Assembly: GCA_002269645.1 (NCBI GenBank)
Contig: NIVC01000528.1
Span: forward strand, 124,001-188,000
Source of the DNA: Macrostomum lignano
Lineage: Eukaryota
DNA length: 64,000 nt
Direction: 5' to 3'
The position numbers and the translations under genes are program-made. The notes under the pieces were generated by a model. It was not told the origin of the DNA, made no database searches, and worked only from the letters and a program-made list of their open reading frames with translations. Below, in pieces: positions 60,666 through 64,000 of this stretch (its first letter is position 1; each line of letters begins with the position of its first letter).

Positions 60666-61265
60666 ATGCAATCTGTTGCAGCAATCGGCAGGCAGGCTCT
60701 CCTGCTGCTGCTTCTGTTTGCCTGCAGGCAAGCGCAGGCCGTCTACTACTACTACTCCTACTACCGCTCCTACCGCTACACCTACAGCAGCAGAATCTAC
60801 ATCGGTTACTACTATACTGGCACTGTCATCTCCGTTGGCGGCATCATCGGCGCCGTGGTCGGCGCGCTCACCTTCATCGGCCTGGTGGTCGGCCTCATCG
60901 TCTTCCTGTGCTGCCTGCGCAAGCGGCGCCGCGCGGCCAGCGGCGGCGTGGTTAGGGCGCCGCCCCCGGTGCCCATGACAGTCGGCGGGCCGGCCGCCAT
61001 CTCTACGGTGTCGCCGCCGGGCGGATATCCGGCCGCGCCCGCCGGCGGCCAGCCGTCCGACTACCCCAAGCAGGACGGCTATCCCGGCGTGTCGCCACCG
61101 CCGCCCTACGAGGGCTCCGGGCCGGCCATGGGCTACTCGAACGGGGCCGCTGATTACCAAGGCAACGCGAACTACGGCTACCAGAACGGGCAGCAGGCGC
61201 CGTACCCGACAACCGCCGACTCGCAGATGCCGCCGCTGCCTGCCGCTGAGAAGCAGAGGTACTAG
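60666..61265 (+). CDS. Single-pass type I membrane protein, 199 aa, with a Tyr-rich mini-ectodomain and Pro/Gly/Tyr-rich tail with PPxY (CYYR1/WBP1/shisa-like architecture)
   Basis: Signal peptide (LLLLLLFACRQAQA), TM followed by CC-RKRRR, PPPPY motif; GC3-rich intact ORF. Confidence 0.8.
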   Translation: MQSVAAIGRQALLLLLLFACRQAQAVYYYYSYYRSYRYTYSSRIYIGYYYTGTVISVGGIIGAVVGALTFIGLVVGLIVFLCCLRKRRRAASGGVVRAPPPVPMTVGGPAAISTVSPPGGYPAAPAGGQPSDYPKQDGYPGVSPPPPYEGSGPAMGYSNGAADYQGNANYGYQNGQQAPYPTTADSQMPPLPAAEKQRY

Positions 61266-62469
61266 GCTGTGCTGGGCGACTCGAATGGCTTATTTTACGA
61301 GCTAATACTCTAAGAAAATGAAAGCACTCTTACATGAGCGGAAAGTTCATATTCAGATATTTATTTTTTTGTACTTCGTACAGGACATTTCAACCCGAAG
61401 ACTTTGCAGCCCGAGTCACTCTCTCGTGTACGCTGGCAGTAAAACAAATAATTTTGCACTGCGTACCACATTGAGATGATAAAGAAAGAGAGATATTTAG
61501 GTAATTTCGGGTGCCATTTTCAACCCTCCAGGTTGACTCCACCTTTGAAGGAACGATTCTAGGGCGAAAAAGTTTCGGGAGAAACGTCTGTAATCCGTGT
61601 GAATTCACCTAAAAATCTCCTCTGCACATTCTACTCCCAGTTTTCTGTAATTTTTTCAGCTCAGTTTTTCTACATTTTTATCCAGACTCTCTAAGTGACT
61701 ATGGTCTCACATGAGCTTATATCTTAGACATGCTTTGCATGGCAAGCTCGTTTTCTAGGCTACTATAACAAACCATTGATAAAATTAAAATAACAGTTTT
61801 GAATGCATCCATTTTCAGCTTGTTTGTTCTATTTTTCTACTAATGTATGCCAGTTATAAAAGAAATATTATAAAAGCTCTAACACGAAATTAACAATTTA
61901 AAGAGGCCGTTTGGACTCGAGTCATTTACTTGGGTATTTTTCATAATTAATTATATAGCCTACAATTTTTCGGCGGTACCGTGCCCCAAGTCCTGAAGAC
62001 GAGCGTCGAGGATCAGGCACTCCATATCAAACGAGCCGACAGCAAGTCTGGGCATTAGCTCTTCGAGATGCCGAAAACCTTCGACTGGAGTTCATCTACC
62101 GGGAGGACGAGCGAACACGGACACACCGGCACAGTGCCTGGATCCCAGCTTGCAGCGCCATCACCAACGCCGACGAGCTGCACCGCCTGCTGCTGGCTAC
62201 CAGTTCGGACCTGCCGGCAAATCCAAGCCGGGTAGAGACGGTTTCACGGCAATGCTCGAACTGTCGGATAGCTGGATGCTTTGCTATCCGAATACGTCCC
62301 AAATTCTCTCTCAACTCTTCAGCTTTGAATCTGACACCACCCGTCTACTGCCCCTGAAGAAGATTTACTCTTTTAGTGGACGAGCGGGAGCTCTGCCGGG
62401 CTGAAAAGCCCAGAAAAAAGAGATATTGTGCGTCACGACTCTTACGAGGACGTGAACCCCGTCAGCGGC

Positions 62470-63250
62470 AGAGCCAGTGCAGCACTTTGGGCACCTCGGA
62501 GTGAGCAGAGCGACGCGACCTTGGAAGGAGCTTCAGCTCGATAGCTTGGGCGAGCTGCATTCGGCGCCGAACTCATGTCGCTTCATTCTGGTGCTGTACG
62601 CATTCGAATTCGAAGTGGCCAGAAGCAGCCTGCATGTCCACAGTGACCACAGCGGACGTGATAGACGCCCTGACGACGTGGTTCCGCCGCTGGGGACTCT
62701 CATAGAGCATCAACACGGACGGCGGGCCGCAGTTCATGTCCGGTGACTTCAAGGACTTCCTCCAGCGCTGCGGCATCCAGCACCGCCAGTCGCCGCACTA
62801 CCACCCGCTGCAGTCGAGCGCTTCAACCGGTTTCTGAAAGACGGCCTGAAGACGCACCTGCAGGACGGCTACGGCTTCAAGGACGCGGTGAGGGCGCTGC
62901 TGTGGTCATACCGGGCCTCCCCGCACGCCCTGACGGGGTGTCACCCGCGGAGCTGATGACGAGCCGGAAAATCAGAACTCCGCTGACTGCACTGCAGCCA
63001 AGGACGCCATCGCGGCACAACCTGGCTGGCAGCATCAGGCAGAAGCAGCAGCGAGTCTTCAGCAAGCTCAACTCGGCCAGGAGGCCACCGCCGGCGTTCA
63101 AGGTCGGCGACTGGGTGCGCTTGAGGCGGCCGTTCGCGCGTGGCAAGCTGAGCAGCCGGCTGTCCGAGCCGCTGGAGATCTGGAGATTGCGAGCGCCACC
63201 ACAGTGATCCTCAGCGACGGCTCTCGTTGGCACGTCGACTGCGGGTGCAG
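62470..63250 (+). mobile_element. Decayed Ty3/gypsy integrase fragment
   Basis: PWKELQLD..., SINTDGGPQFMSGDFKDFL, ERFNRFLKDGL, YRASPHALTGVSPAELM, FKVGDWVRL across frameshifts. Confidence 0.85.
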
Positions 63251-63789
63251 CAGGCGGTAGGAGCACTGCCGCAGTGGCCCGCGCCGGCCTCCACGACGGC
63301 TCCGACACCCGCGGCTGAGGCAGGAGCGGCGGCGGAGGCGGCTGAAGAGCTGCCGCCGCATCAAGGAGCACCGACGGCGACTCGAGCGAGTGAGGAATCG
63401 GGCGTCCGCCGCAGTGGTACGGGGATGTGGTGACTCACTGATTGCAATGACAGCAAAGGACTTTTGAATTGCAAGCTTTTCGTTTTCGAGTTTCCTGTTT
63501 GAGGGTTTTTTGCGATTGTGACTTTCAGGCATCGAAACAGGAATACAACAGATTGCTTATCTGCGAATAGTCTATGGTCAAGCCGCCCCCATCTTTGGAT
63601 ATTCACAACGGGTTATATTTGGATATACCCATTTGCAGATGAGCAATCTGTATATTCCTGTATCAATGCGTTTGCGAGGATATTTTTTATTCAATACAAC
63701 AGAGCTGAATAAACAGATTGTATACATGTACGAAAAGAAAAATAATAAGAAATGTCTTATTTATATAAGAAATGTCTTTAGACGTTACA

Positions 63790-64000
63790 CTCAAATCGGC
63801 CGAATTGCATCGTTTGTTCCGCATGGGATCCTCGGGGCAAGCATCATAGTTACCGCATTCAATGAATCGGATGAACTCCATCAACTCTTCGTCATCCACC
63901 TCGTCACGTCCACCCATACTCAAGTCGCTGAGAAAGTTAACCTCATTTCCATTCAAGCCGTCAATGCTTTTCAATCGGCAAATTCAAAAAGTGGCATGAA
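63790..64000 (-). CDS. Possible coding exon of a gene extending beyond the window (…LSDLSMGGRDEVDDEELMEFIRFIEC…)
   Basis: Open frame that ends at a GTAACG donor-like site; no family recognised. Confidence 0.3.

Noticed and set aside
61990-62380. CTGAAGA motifs as further hammerheads (61994, 62354; also 29484)
   Set aside because: No stem II closed by GAAA; the one at 29484 is the LINE (GAA)n tail

Overview
Eukaryotic genomic DNA, rich in repeats, with GC3-rich exons and short GT-AG introns. Gene content (EF-hand+dynein-light-chain TAL gene) and composition suggest a flatworm, possibly Macrostomum-like; this is inference only. Host genes supported: SERTA/IER-like intronless gene (8726-9550, -), 3-exon TAL-like gene (16351-17248, -), intronless orexin/allatotropin-like GPCR (23821-25272, +), SNX17 (4 exons, 39976-44857, -), FAM166C/CIMIP2C (3 exons, 50072-50940, +), Jun-family bZIP (2 exons, 53085-53808, -), LDL-receptor-family gene (3 exons, 56571-58896, -) and a Tyr-rich single-pass PPxY protein (60666-61265, +). 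Mobile DNA: decayed RNase H-bearing LINE, Penelope-like RT fragment, gypsy integrase fragment, orphan LTR with tRNA-Leu PBS, 9-bp-TSD MITE and CORE-SINE. There are more than 20 tandem arrays; most long ORF-track entries are artefacts of these. Top observations: (1) two tandem 54-codon genes below the ORF-track cutoff that encode a signal peptide plus a 34-aa six-Cys peptide with a squash-knottin-like CxxxCVCGPDGFC motif; (2) a 615-bp TG...CA palindrome joined to exactly the 3' 18 nt of tRNA-Lys(UUU) and flanked by a 128-bp direct repeat; (3) perfect MEF2 sites upstream of both the jun-like and IER-like genes; (4) a minimal hammerhead-like motif downstream of the Penelope fragment. All coordinates and translations were read by eye.
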